DNA from: Ascidiella aspersa
Taxonomy: Eukaryota
Direction: 5' to 3'
DNA: 64,000 bases
Assembly: GCA_963924565.1 (NCBI GenBank)
Contig: OZ004611.1
Location: forward strand, 21,142,001 to 21,206,000
The position numbers and the translations under genes were made by a program. Positions 1-11,500 of the stretch are shown piece by piece. Under the pieces are notes generated by a model. The model made no database searches, was not told the origin of the DNA, and saw only the letters and a program-made list of their open reading frames with translations. Positions within the stretch are counted from its first letter, which is position 1. Every line of letters begins with the position of its first letter.

Positions 1-424
1 CCGCTTTTAAGTTAAGTTTAAAATTAAAAAACGGTTTCATAGATGCAAGGAAATTTTGATTTTGCTACAAACAGGTAAGTAGGACAAAAGGGTATTAGTC
101 AGACATAATTGTCCATGGCCGTGTATTAAGAGGAGGTATTAGGCTTTATAAGTAATGTAATTACAACAAGAAAAAATGTTTTTAAAACCTTATTTTTTTA
201 AAAAATTTCTATTTTATCTATTACACTATATTAGAAGTATTAGCTTGGTTAACGCATAAACAATTTATACATAACAGCATTTATATCATGTTTACTTACG
301 TAAACCGCTTTTAAGTTAAGTTTAAAATTAAAAAACGGTTTCATAGATGCAAGGAAATTTTGATTTTGCTACAAACAGGTAAGTAGGACAAAAGGGTATT
401 AGTCAGACATAATTGTCCATGGCC
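1..424. repeat. Direct repeat, period 304 bp (1-120 = 305-424), cut by the window edge; each copy has a possible 32-nt + strand exon (43-74, 347-378)
   Basis: Identical 120-bp block CCGCTTTTAAG...GTCCATGGCC at 1 and 305; contains tttcatag|ATGCAAGG...ACAAACAG|gtaagt. Confidence 0.8.
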
Positions 425-566
425 CATAGAATATTGCTTTATAATTAGCAATTACCTTTTTTGCCTGCAGTTACATGGATTAATTAGAAATAAGTGGTCA
501 ATAAACAATAAATGTGACTAATTTATTAATTTATGAAAAACTTTTTATGTTAAACGGTTGTTTTTT

Positions 567-1026
567 CAGGGTTGTTAAAGTCAATGCCTTGCTTATCACA
601 TTTTCTAATGACTTAACTTGACTGAAGCAATTTCGATGAAATGAGTTAAGTTGGCCCAACTCTTTTAAACAAATGACTTGACTTGGACTTAAGTCATTAC
701 GTTAAATGCATCCAATTGGAATTAAGTGTTTACATTAAACTTTTTTGCTAAACTTTAGATATTTATTTTAATTTAAGCATGTAAAACAATTAGCTTGTTA
801 TGTGTTGCGTTTTTGTTATTTTTTAGTTGAGATATTGGGCTCATATTAAAAGGACAAGTTACCAATTTTATTTGTTTAACATTTTTTTATATCAATGACT
901 TCACTTGGAGTTGAATTGATGATTTGGACTTGACTTGTTATTGTTTTAAAGACTTGACTTGTACAGTTGGCTTACTAATGAGTTGACTGGGACTTAAGTC
1001 ATTTCGAATTGACTTGTTTGCAGCAT
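567..1026. mobile_element. Dispersed repeat/MITE with internal GACTT-unit arrays
   Basis: Many GACTT/GACTTGACTT units; related copy at 41925-42166, fragment near 50907-50945; ends resemble CAGGGTTGT...ACAACACTG inverted termini. Confidence 0.55.
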
Positions 1027-1544
1027 TAATGACTTTTAGTCTATTGTAGTGTGAATGATTTCCAATAATCTTGTAGTCCAAGTTTGAGACAATCTTATAC
1101 CATCCTGGGATAGGAAAGTAAGACAACATTAAATTAATTTTCTATTGTACATTTCAGCTGCTATGTGCATTCGAAATATAATATAAATTTGTAGTGTCAA
1201 TATTAAAGTCTTGAGGTCACTTACGGCCTGTTCTTTTTATTAAATGCTTGGATGTAGAAGTATCTGACAGGCAAGTTGGCAGCACTTCTCAGTCCAGGTC
1301 CCCAGACTTGCGTGTTTGCAGGTTCATATCGGGCAGCACCAGTTGAATCCAATACAAAAATAAGTGCAAAAAACAAAGACAGGTAACAAAACATGACGTC
1401 TGCAAAATTAAAAAAGGAATACTAATAAAACCGTGCAGCACCAGTTACAGTAGTGCACACAGAAACAACACACAACGAAAGGATCAAACTGCCTTCCAAA
1501 CGCTAAAGCAAAACAATTGAACTAAAACAACATTAATTCCGACG

Positions 1545-1760
1545 GCGCTCGTCTAGAATCCTACCACAACGAACATAGAATCCTACCACAACGAACATAT
1601 TAGGGTTAGGGTGCCGGTTAGCGTTTGGGTTTGGGTGAGTCCAGTAATAGTGTTAAACAATATTACTTGACCTACCCACACCCAAACACTAACCGACACC
1701 CTAACCCACGTTTTGTGCATTGCTTAATAATTAATTTAACGTTGTGGTAGGATTCTAGTC
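1545..1760. mobile_element. MITE family A (TIR ~GCTGGTCTAGAATCCTACCAC)
   Basis: GTCTAGAATCCTACCACAAC ... GTTGTGGTAGGATTCTAGTC inverted ends, internally palindromic; related copies at 5254-5438, 53184-53338, 60570-60940. Confidence 0.75.
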
Positions 1761-2138
1761 AAATGTATCGAAGGGATTAATTATCGTATTACAAAACCTT
1801 TGCTACAACGCTTCGCGAGGCTGCACCATGAGTCGCCAATGGCGGCAAGGAATGCTTGGAAATATTTCAAGCGTTTAGCAGTGAAATACGTTGGACAAAC
1901 AGCATTCCAAATTCCAATGCCTAATGAGGGTGTTGTGTACTGTACGCTGCACGTGAAACGTCTTTATCGCGTCTTAACAACATTGGTCGCGTTTAAAGAA
2001 ACGACTATTTTTTGACACGTTTACAATATATTCCAGAATGGGAAATTCCCTAAAAGTTTTAGCCTTTACTTCTCGAATAACTTTTAGTTTACGACAAGCC
2101 CTGAACGCCTTGAAACAGGTAAAGCCACGTATTGCCAG

Positions 2139-2511
2139 TGTAGTGGATTATTTGGAACTCTGTGACCCCGTCAACTCTGTCCATTCTATGAACAGCCTGC
2201 CGGCTGAATCGCTCATGTGGTCACTTTAATTTCCCGTCGCGTATTGCAATTTTGTTGGTCGTATGGCCGATTTCCTAAGTCGTGTTTTGTGTCGCGTTTT
2301 CTAACGAATTAGTAATTACTCACATCTGTCCGATGTAGGCTATATAAGAAATGTTGTAAATCGTTAATTTAGCAGTTCCACTGTTCACTTAGCTGGGGTC
2401 AGATCGCTACGTTCCGTACACGGAGGTAATTATTGTATGTATCGTAAGTACTGTTTGTCGTTCGTTTGTTTAATTGCAATAAATATTCTATCATTGTGCT
2501 TAAAACCCACA
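2139..2511 (+). mobile_element. Solo LTR (Gypsy-like, 4-bp TSD CCAG)
   Basis: TGTAGT...CCCACA termini, CCAG at 2135-2138 and 2512-2515, TATA (GGCTATATAAG ~2338), AATAAA ~2478; motifs shared with 61700-62054. Confidence 0.75.
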
Positions 2512-3195
2512 CCAGTTTCTATTTTTCGTTGCGTCATAGCTAGTCAATACACGGTACCTATGAATACTATCGAACATTTACTTTTTTCTACGTGAGGAGT
2601 TCGCCAGAAGTAAATCAAAACTAAATTTAACATAATGACCACCTCAGGTCAAAGCCTCAAAGAGGGCTTCACTAAATAGGAGTTTCGTCACGCATTTAAT
2701 AGAAAGATTGTATGTTCTGCTGCAGTCGACTGTTTTTTATTTATACTTAATCACAATGTATGCATATTACTAAAACAGGAAAGCGGTGGCAAGGCTCTTT
2801 AAAGACAACCGGGGGTTTCGATTCCAATAACTCAGCACTGCAACCTTAATTGAAGTAGTGTTCCTAACATTTTCCAAGGCCTTTTTCCTATCTTTGCGTT
2901 CACCTGGTTTCAGCGCCTATTTTTCGCTAACTTTCATACAAACGTATCAACACTGAACTTGCGTAAACTGGCAGCACCACAATACGCGATTATAGACCAA
3001 TTTAATTTAAAAAACTTTGGACTGGTAAAACACATGCATAACTGCTTTAAAGGTAATCATAAACAGGAAGCCGCCCGCGTACCATCTGAAAACCCCTACG
3101 TGTAACACACTGTATACTGTCTGATGTGTCCATTACTTATTTTAAAAAAGCTTTCTTTCAACGACATTTCCAGAGGACAAATATGAAATCGCACT

Positions 3196-5707
3196 TTAAA
3201 GAGTTTTATTTAATAACAAACGTTTGGTTTTGAGTAAGTCCCGTTTGGAAGGCTTTTTCACCGATCTTGAGAGTTTCATGGAAGATTTCTTCTTCGATTT
3301 TGGTGTGCACTTTACCGGTTTCTTTGTCACTTCTTTGGCATCAGTGGATTTCGAAATTTCATCGCATGTATTAGCTTCCTCTGTTGCACTAACCATTTCA
3401 AGATCGATTTTGGGCACCGTGGAATCATCTTGGTCATCACATCGACGTAACGACCTCTTCTTTATCTTAACTGACTGTGGAGGTGTTTTAAAGTTAACTT
3501 CTTCGTCCTCTTCGTCAATTATCATTTCGGCACTGACATCCATTACTGGGAGCTCATCTTTGGAAACTAAATATAAAAATGGAAAAATAGGTTATTTTTG
3601 TTAAGGAAACACCTCAGTAAATTTTGGTTAATTTTGGTCAAAAAATAAAAACCTTTTGCTTGAACTTTCTGAGCATCATCTGTGTTCAATCCCTGTGCTG
3701 CAAGTTTTCTGGGAGGTGGTTTCCAATCAGCTTTTGCAGTTAGCTAGAGAAACGAGAGTTGTTAACAGCGGGTAAATCTTAAAACAAATTCAAAAATTTG
3801 ATGATTGACAAAATACCTTTGACAAATCAAGGTCCACGCCAAGCTCTTTTAGTTTGAGGCCCAACTTTTCAATCTTCCTTTTTCTCTTTTCATCCCTCTT
3901 AGCAACCTTCAAGTTTAGTACATAAAGGTAAAAAAAAATTTAAATCAATGCCTTAGCACCAATTGGGTCACACTTACCAGCAACCTAATATAAAGTAAAA
4001 AGTAAAAATAGTGATGTATCATAAAAATACCTATTTCACATGATGGTATATCAAATTGTCGAGTTTTTACATAAAGCATATATATTTTAGTTTTAGAATA
4101 ATTTTATGAACAAAAATAACTTTTTTTTGTATTTTATACAATGTTTATACTCGTGGTATACAATTAGAAGTAAAGTTAAACTGGTCACTTACTTTTTTGG
4201 GGTCTTGACTTTGATTGTTGAATTTCCTTATTGCAGTTTTCCGCGTACATGGTTTGGTGAATATTCTGTTACAACCCTTGAATGTGTCAAGATGGACTTT
4301 ATCTTTTGGCAACAGTTCACCTGAAAATAAAATTTTACAAATACATTTAAACTTAAGAGTGGTAAATATTCAGTGCAGTGGATCAAATTATGGTAACAGA
4401 GAGCACTATAACTTACATTTCAGGCAGTGTTCAAACATCAAATAATTGTTCATTGTTTCAGCCACTACCTTGGCCACAGCTTCACATTCAAATTCAATGT
4501 AAGCATAGCCTTTTGACCGTCCAGTCTGTAAAACAAAAGGTGTAAAATATGTATTTACTCAAAACATTAAAGATTTAAACAAATTATTTATAAATAGTAA
4601 ATAAATTAATTGTATACCAAGTGCAAATTTCAACAAATCTGTTTTAAATATGACTGTTTACTATTTACACTAAAAGTAACAGCGGTATGAATATTTGTGT
4701 TTACCTTTTTGCTTCTTGACAATCTCAGTCGGGTAACTGTTCCAAATTGTTCAAAGTATCTTTTCATTTGTGGTTCGAAGAATCCATGGGGCAAATGCTT
4801 TATGAACACAACTCCACGATCAGTAGAATCAAACGCATCAGGAATTCGTTTCTATGACAAAAAGTATAACTATCTTGGTTAAAGATGTCTAAAAATGTTA
4901 CCAACAACTGACCCAATCACACCCAATTGCATTCGAGTGCCTTCCCAGTCTGCATTTCATGGCCCCTACTTAACGCAGAGATCTTAAGGTAAAAACCTAA
5001 TTTTGAGGTGTGCAATTACAGTTTTATGCACACCTAATGATAATCCTCCACAATTCAGCTTTTTTTTTTAAATTAGGTGTGCAATTTACTAATTCAGGTG
5101 TGCACACTAATTATCCGGGAAAAAGAAGAACCCTACCTGACACAGAATACAGACTGGGTGCATGCCAGTGTATTCCTGCCCAAGAACTTTTATTTTTCTT
5201 TTTATACCAGTGACAACATTAGGCAAAAATATTGCCATGTTACAATACAAATAGGACGCTGGTTTATAAAATACTACCACAGCGTTGAAACAATTTTTAA
5301 ATCAACGCACAAAATTTGGGTTAGGGTGGAGTTTGGGCATTTGGGTGTGTTAAGTATTATAAAATTTATTAATTAATAATTATACTTGACCTACCGATCC
5401 AAATAATGTGCGCTGTGGTGGGATTCTACAACCGCGCCAAAAAAGAATGAGTATGACTAATATAAACAACAAAAAAACTGTCTTATATATGTTTTTCTTG
5501 GTCATACATTTATATTTTTACTTCAATTTGTCGCACGTTTGTTTGTGCAACTGTATATTTATATCTAATTCACCTGGGCTGCTGAGTAAAAAAACTCACC
5601 TTTTTCTTTAATTTCTTGAACTTTTTCGACAGCTCAGTTTGCTGTGTTTGATCGAGCGCTATAAATTCCAAGTTTTTCTTACTTTTGCCCGTATTGGGGT
5701 CCGTCAT
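3196..5707 (-). CDS. NIFK: Nucleolar protein interacting with FHA domain of MKI67 (NIFK/Nop15 family RRM protein), 7 coding exons
   Basis: Exons ~5600-5707 (ATG), 4705-4851, 4418-4525, 4192-4319, 3817-3906, 3653-3743, 3196-3566 splice with GT-AG into ...[74 protein letters not shown]..., the NIFK/Nop15 RRM signature, followed by a basic C-terminus. Confidence 0.9.
5254..5438. mobile_element. MITE family A copy in NIFK intron 1
   Basis: Degenerate TIRs CGCTGGTTTATAAAATACTACCAC ... GTGGTGGGATTCTACAACCGCG; internal GGGTTAGGG motif as in other copies. Confidence 0.6.
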
Positions 5708-6445
5708 ATTGCACGAAAGTTCGCAATGTAAAACAACTCAAAACAATTTTAACAAATTCCTTTTGGACAACGTTTCCTTGAGAAAGCCTACAATTTCTAA
5801 CAGCGCTTTCACTCATTGGATTTTATCTCACACGTTGTTCTGTGACCATTTTTATTTTTTATTAAATAGCAATATATTAATATCTGTATATGATCAACTT
5901 TCCTCATAAAAAGTATTTTACAGTTTTTCATATTTTTGTTCACCTAAATTTTAAGAATTTGTCTATTACATTTCTGAAACTGTCAACTCATCACAACAGT
6001 GACCAGACACATTTGAATCCAGCAGGATTAGCCTATGCGTAAACGTAAACAATAGGATATGAGGATGTTTTTGGCAAACGGTTTTGTCCGTCTAACAAGT
6101 TTTGTTGGGGTTTGATTTGCAATATGTGTAGAGCGTATAGGTTTTTTTATATATGATTGCTTTACAATAACAGTTTAGCTATAATTTTTTGACAGTAGAT
6201 TTGGCCACAATACTGCCTAATAGTTAAAATAACAATTACTTATGCTAACATCTCATCCAAATTCTATTGGTTCAAATTATTTCAGTTTTGCAATTTAATA
6301 ATTAACATTATTTTTGTTTTAAAAAATTTTAATGCTTATTTTCAGTATTTAAAGTTCATTTTGACAATTTTCTTTTAATTAAACAACCAATTATAGATAT
6401 ATATATGTTTATTTTTTTTTTAGCTATATTGTTTAAAACTTTAGC
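5708..6445. promoter_or_regulatory. Head-to-head region of NIFK and RNF181 (probable bidirectional promoter plus RNF181 5' UTR/intron)
   Basis: Start codons ~740 bp apart in divergent orientation; acceptor-like sites at ~6345 and ~6423 upstream of the RNF181 ATG. Confidence 0.5.
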
Positions 6446-6913
6446 ATGGCCTCCTACTTTGATGAACACGCCTGCGAGCCACATGAATGGGAGGGCACAT
6501 CCGAGCCAGCAGCTAACCTAATGGATTTGCTCCGTCACTACCTGCAACAAGATTCAGAAGACTGGATGACATTGCTGCCACAGGGTGAGCGTCTGGCGCC
6601 ACCTGCCAGCAAAAAGGCAGTGGCCGACTTGCCGAGAAAACAAATCACCCCTTCGGAATTGAAAGACAGGCCAAAGTGTCCGGTGTGTTTGGTGCCCTTT
6701 GATGCTGAAGAAGAAGTAATACTAATGCCCTGCGAGCATTGCTTTCACAAAGACTGCCTTTTACCTTGGTTACAAAAGACAAACTCATGTCCCCTCTGCA
6801 GACATGAGTTGCTAACGGATAGTCCAGAGTATGAGGAGTACAAAAAAGAGAAGGGCAGGGAAAAAGAAAGGGAATATAGGGTTGAACAGTTGCATAACTC
6901 TATGTTTGGGTAA
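6446..6913 (+). CDS. RNF181: E3 ubiquitin ligase RNF181 (RING-H2), intronless CDS, 155 aa
   Basis: MASYFDEH N-terminus, PPASK motif, RING-H2 CPVC...CEHCFHKDC...CPLC and C-terminal LHNSMF are characteristic of RNF181. Confidence 0.95.
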   Translation: MASYFDEHACEPHEWEGTSEPAANLMDLLRHYLQQDSEDWMTLLPQGERLAPPASKKAVADLPRKQITPSELKDRPKCPVCLVPFDAEEEVILMPCEHCFHKDCLLPWLQKTNSCPLCRHELLTDSPEYEEYKKEKGREKEREYRVEQLHNSMFG

Positions 6914-7157
6914 AATTTTTGTTGTGTTTTTGCAATAGTCTGCATTTGTGAGACAGTAGATTTATTTACCACTGTCTTAAAGTGCGTACAAAATTGTTTA
7001 CTTTTATAGGTTGTATGTTTGTTTTTAGAAAACGTTTTACACTTGTTATAAAAATTTGTACAGATCTACCTTTTAATATGCGGAATCAGGATTTTGGAAA
7101 ATATGTTGTATTATCACCCAATGCAGTATATATACATTTTTTACTGTTACTTTGGGA

Positions 7158-7457
7158 CAGGGGTTCTTAAACTAGTTTTATAATGTGCACCCCTAAACAA
7201 ATTTGGGTTTCATTGGCTAGGGTCTGCATGAATTTTTCAGAAAAGTAATGATAGTCTGACATATTATAAAATCAGTAGAAAATCAACAATTTAAGTCAAC
7301 AAATACTTTTAAGGAGAAGGTGCCAAAAGATTTTTATATTAAACTAGTTATTTACAGTTCTACAGTTTTTAAATATACTCAAAATTTTAATTAGGTCTTC
7401 ATGGATCTCCCAAAACTAAAACTAGTTTCTGCACATTCGGTTGATTAAGAATCCCTG
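7158..7457. mobile_element. hAT-type MITE in the RNF181 3' region
   Basis: CAGGGGTTCTTAA ... TTAAGAATCCCTG termini; degenerate 8-bp TSD CTTTGGGA/CTTTAGGC. Confidence 0.6.
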
Positions 7458-8584
7458 CTTTAGGCATTTTTACAATTGTTATGTGCAATTTGTATTATTG
7501 TATAGTTTAAGCGTTACCGATAGTATTTACTAAACCAATAGAAGAAATGGTATAGTTAATTCGAAGTTTTATAAGGGCAAATAAAACTGTTGAGAATATC
7601 AGGTAAAATTTTCTCAATTTCTGTTTTTTATTGGTTTGAAATAATACAAAGTATCAACAAGTCAGCACAAAGCTTTGTTTTTTTTTCAATTTATTAAGCA
7701 CCTCAGTTTTAAAATAGAAAAACATCAGGTGTTCCAAAAAAAACGATAACAATACGAGTGGAAAACAACCTTCTCAGATTCTAGCACAATGCAAGGAGAA
7801 ACAAAAAATAAAAACGAATACACAATAGAGGGATAATTTTATACAACAAAAAACAGCTTTGTCAATGATTTGTAAAAACGCATCTCTGTTTGATTCGCTT
7901 AAAAAGTTGACACACGTGCGCGCACGCAGGAAAAAGGAGATTGAACAGTGAAGAAGCAAAGATCTAAGGCAGTATGAAAAGGAGAAATGACGAAAACAGA
8001 ACACGCGAACGAACAACCACTCGATTTGACACTACAGTGGATTGTGATGTCACAATAAATAAGGTAGTCGGTGACGGGGACGACACCGTTGAACGGAATC
8101 CGGGAAAAAAAACTACGAAACACACAACCGTGACTTGACACTGCCACTTAGGGGCAAAAACAACAAACTTGTGGGTAGTTTGTAACTTGTAGGTGTGGGT
8201 TCAAGGGGTCGGGTTCATAAGCGGTTAAAGCCTATATTAATTTGAAATACTATTCCAGGAAAAGCAATTATTCATTCTTTTTTTGACGGCTAGGGTCGAT
8301 GAGCAGGTGTGGACTTGAAATAAAATAGAGGTTGTGATTAACAAAGTTTAAATTTAGAAGATTACCCAATCACAACAAAGCCGCTTTTAAAGGGTTAGGT
8401 TCGCGGTTAAATCAAGTGGAGCAGGTGCCGGGTTTGACGCTTTGCCAAGAAACAAAATCGTTCACTGCGCAGTCGCGGCAATTTTGCTAGTTCGGTTCCG
8501 CGCTGTGCCATCATGTGGTGAAGGTAGTAGTAGCAGTAGACGCGCACACACACACTTCAAACAATAACAGTTAATCGCCGCCGC

Positions 8585-11500
8585 TTAAGAATAGGACCGC
8601 GTGCACTCGTGGATTAGCTGACAGGGCAGCGAACCCCGGTTGAGGCGGTAAAAGTCCACGAACTGGATGAGGTCGATGAAGCGCGTGTCTCCATTGTCGA
8701 TCGTGTAAAAACACTGGCCGTTTTTCTCGACCTGCAAAAAGAATAAACGTAATCTATGATCAGAACATCAAGAAAAAACGATAACATCGGTTTGTGTGGC
8801 CATGAAACAAATTTAAACGGCCCATTTTAGAGTAAATTAATGTCACAAATATTATCACTAGGTTACGGGAAAATCGGAAGTCTTAAAAACACCCTCGCAA
8901 ACGCTTATTTTGCTGCTGCTTTTTGTTTTCAATACACACAAGTTTGATTATGCGGGTAATGACACGAAAATGTATAAGGTACTAAAAATTAAAAAACAAC
9001 ACAAGCATAGCAATTTTTAAATGAACACTTAATACTGTTTAACCGGCCTACTTGAAGAGTTGAAGTATTAAATAAACGTGACTGAAATCCTTGGGTACTT
9101 TGCAAGCAAAGCCAAGAATCAACCTTAAACCTGGGCCTTGAGGTTAGCCAACCAAAATATGTCGGGTTTTCCCGGTATTAGGCATTCGCAATGCATAAAC
9201 AAATGCCAGTAGCCTACGGCGAGAGTTGAACTCGCAATTGAGGCGTCGCCAAACAACATACGTCTATATGGTTCAACTGAAAGAATTTATATTAAAAATA
9301 TTTGTGGTGAGTTGCATTATCGAAAACGCCCTCGTGGCATTTTCAATCGTATTCCATCAGTCTCTTAAAAATATAGAACGTTATTATTCGCAATCAGTTA
9401 GTGATAATTAACACTTTAAAGGTCTGAAAATTGGCATTTGAATGTTTATTAAAAATTTAAACATTTAGAAATACTTTTGCTATGCAGTGTTTAGTTATAG
9501 CATCACAAATAATTGTCAAAAATAGCCCCTACACTTGTCAGATTTTTACCGCGTGGAGAATAATTACACACCAGTTAAGAACCACTGTCCAAAGAACAAT
9601 CAACCAATATTAAAAAGGGAAAGAACTATATTTTTGCTTCACAAAAAATTTTCAAAATATTTTTTCAAGTAACACGTATGCGGCTATTAAATACAACCTT
9701 ATTTTCATTAATAACTGGAAAAAGACCCGAAAGCCGCCAATATGCTGCCAAGGTCAACATTTGTTCCAAACTAGTTATAGTCCAGCTGTGGAAACATACA
9801 ACGGCTCCTAAGACCTATTTAACAATTCTCCTCAACTTTAAAAAAAAATCTTCCCCAAGAGTTGCCACCCAAGTCGATTTACAAGCGACAAGATGTTTAC
9901 GTTTCAGGAACAAAGTAAATCAATAGCCTCAGTGTCTCCCAAAACCCTTTCAAATTATTGCTGCGCCAAACGGCTGGCAAACAAATGGTGAAAGATAGGT
10001 AATTCATTGAACTGGCGTTCGACAAAGACACAAAACCATTCCCACCCGCACCGATTTAACAAGCAATAAAGTTGTGTGTTGTGTGCGGGTGGAGTTTATC
10101 TTATAGGGGAGAGAACACGAGGCAAGTCAGACGAGACTCAACAACTCTAGGTTTTTATTTACGCGCCAAATAAACCACAAAAAGCCCAACGTCGCCTTTG
10201 TGTTAAATTGGATTTTCCCAGGGCTGTAAACTCAGAGTGAACTGGTCGTTATAACAGTTGCGAACCCAACTTAACGAGAACTGGAAACCATATTAAGGAA
10301 AAATGGATACTTAAATAAGGTGGTTTATCGAAATGTAGTGAAATTTTTGACACCTACACAATTAAATCAGCAAATGCTTACAACACCCGGAATAAAGGAA
10401 GCGTAATTTTCGCAAAATATATTTAAGAATTTTTTTTTTTTAGCTGATATTCAATTATTTCTAACTTATTGAAAAATTAAAAAAAAACATTTTTAAGCGC
10501 TGTGGTGTGTCGGCGATCTATTTTTTATAAAAGGTTATGATAAATATTGGACTTACCCGAGTGACAGGAATATGCCTGGGCTTCTGGTTGTGGCATAGCG
10601 TCACAACGATTCCGCCGGGTATCGTTTGGCTTTCTCTGATCAAAAACGTTCTGAAAATAAAAGCCGTCGTAACGTAACCGCGAGACAAAAACTCCTACTG
10701 CCAAAAAGTTCACTCAAATAAACTTTGCTTAATGTACAAACGTAGTTCTTCATGGTTTATACGTAACATTAAACTGTGGAGTGCTGTACCGTAACTACAG
10801 GACAAAAACTCACAAATTAAACTTTACTCAATGTGCAAACGTAAGTTTTCAAGTTTTATATGTAACATTAAACTGTAGAGTGCAGCCACGGCAGGATTCG
10901 AATTACAAAGGTGGTAACTTGGATAAAATCCTAAAGAGTTAAAAAAGGTGGTAACTTGCTTGAAATCCCAAAGAGTTAAAAACAAGCAAGCGCCCCTTAC
11001 TCGCCAAGCTCGCGAAAGAAGTTCTTCGTAAAAAAAAAAAAAATCGCGAAAAAAGAATCATTTCTCACCCGTCAATGTTGCCGGTCCTTAGTATTTCTTC
11101 GTTGGCTTCCTCCCTGGAGATCTTACCGTAATACCACGGCTGGGTTTGGTGAATGGCTGAAGAGACAAGAAACAACTTGTTAAAAGGAAACCAGCGATGT
11201 TTTTTGCTTAACCAATTGTTGGAATAAAATAGAAGTGCATTTAAACAAGTGGTTGAACATTTTTTTCAAAAATTTTCCTTTTTTTTTGCGTTTCGCCACA
11301 ACGTTTTTCACAATGTTATTTATATCGAGCCGGAAAATATAAATAATTGGAAGCATAAGCGTTTAAACCTAATTTGAAAAAACATCGTACAGAAAAAGCG
11401 GAACTCTATTTTTAGGCAATATTGACCATACATTTAACATATTTAAAAATTTTTAGAAAATTTTTATCCTTCAAACAATGCAGTGGCAATTAACATCCCG

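Noticed and set aside
1600-1636. Telomere-like TTAGGG repeats
   Set aside because: Only two units, and they are internal to MITE family A copies.
3224-3604. 126-aa + strand ORF
   Set aside because: Antisense shadow of the last NIFK exon; similar shadows occur at 28984-29247, 31593-31805 and 42152-42463 over DDX11 exons.
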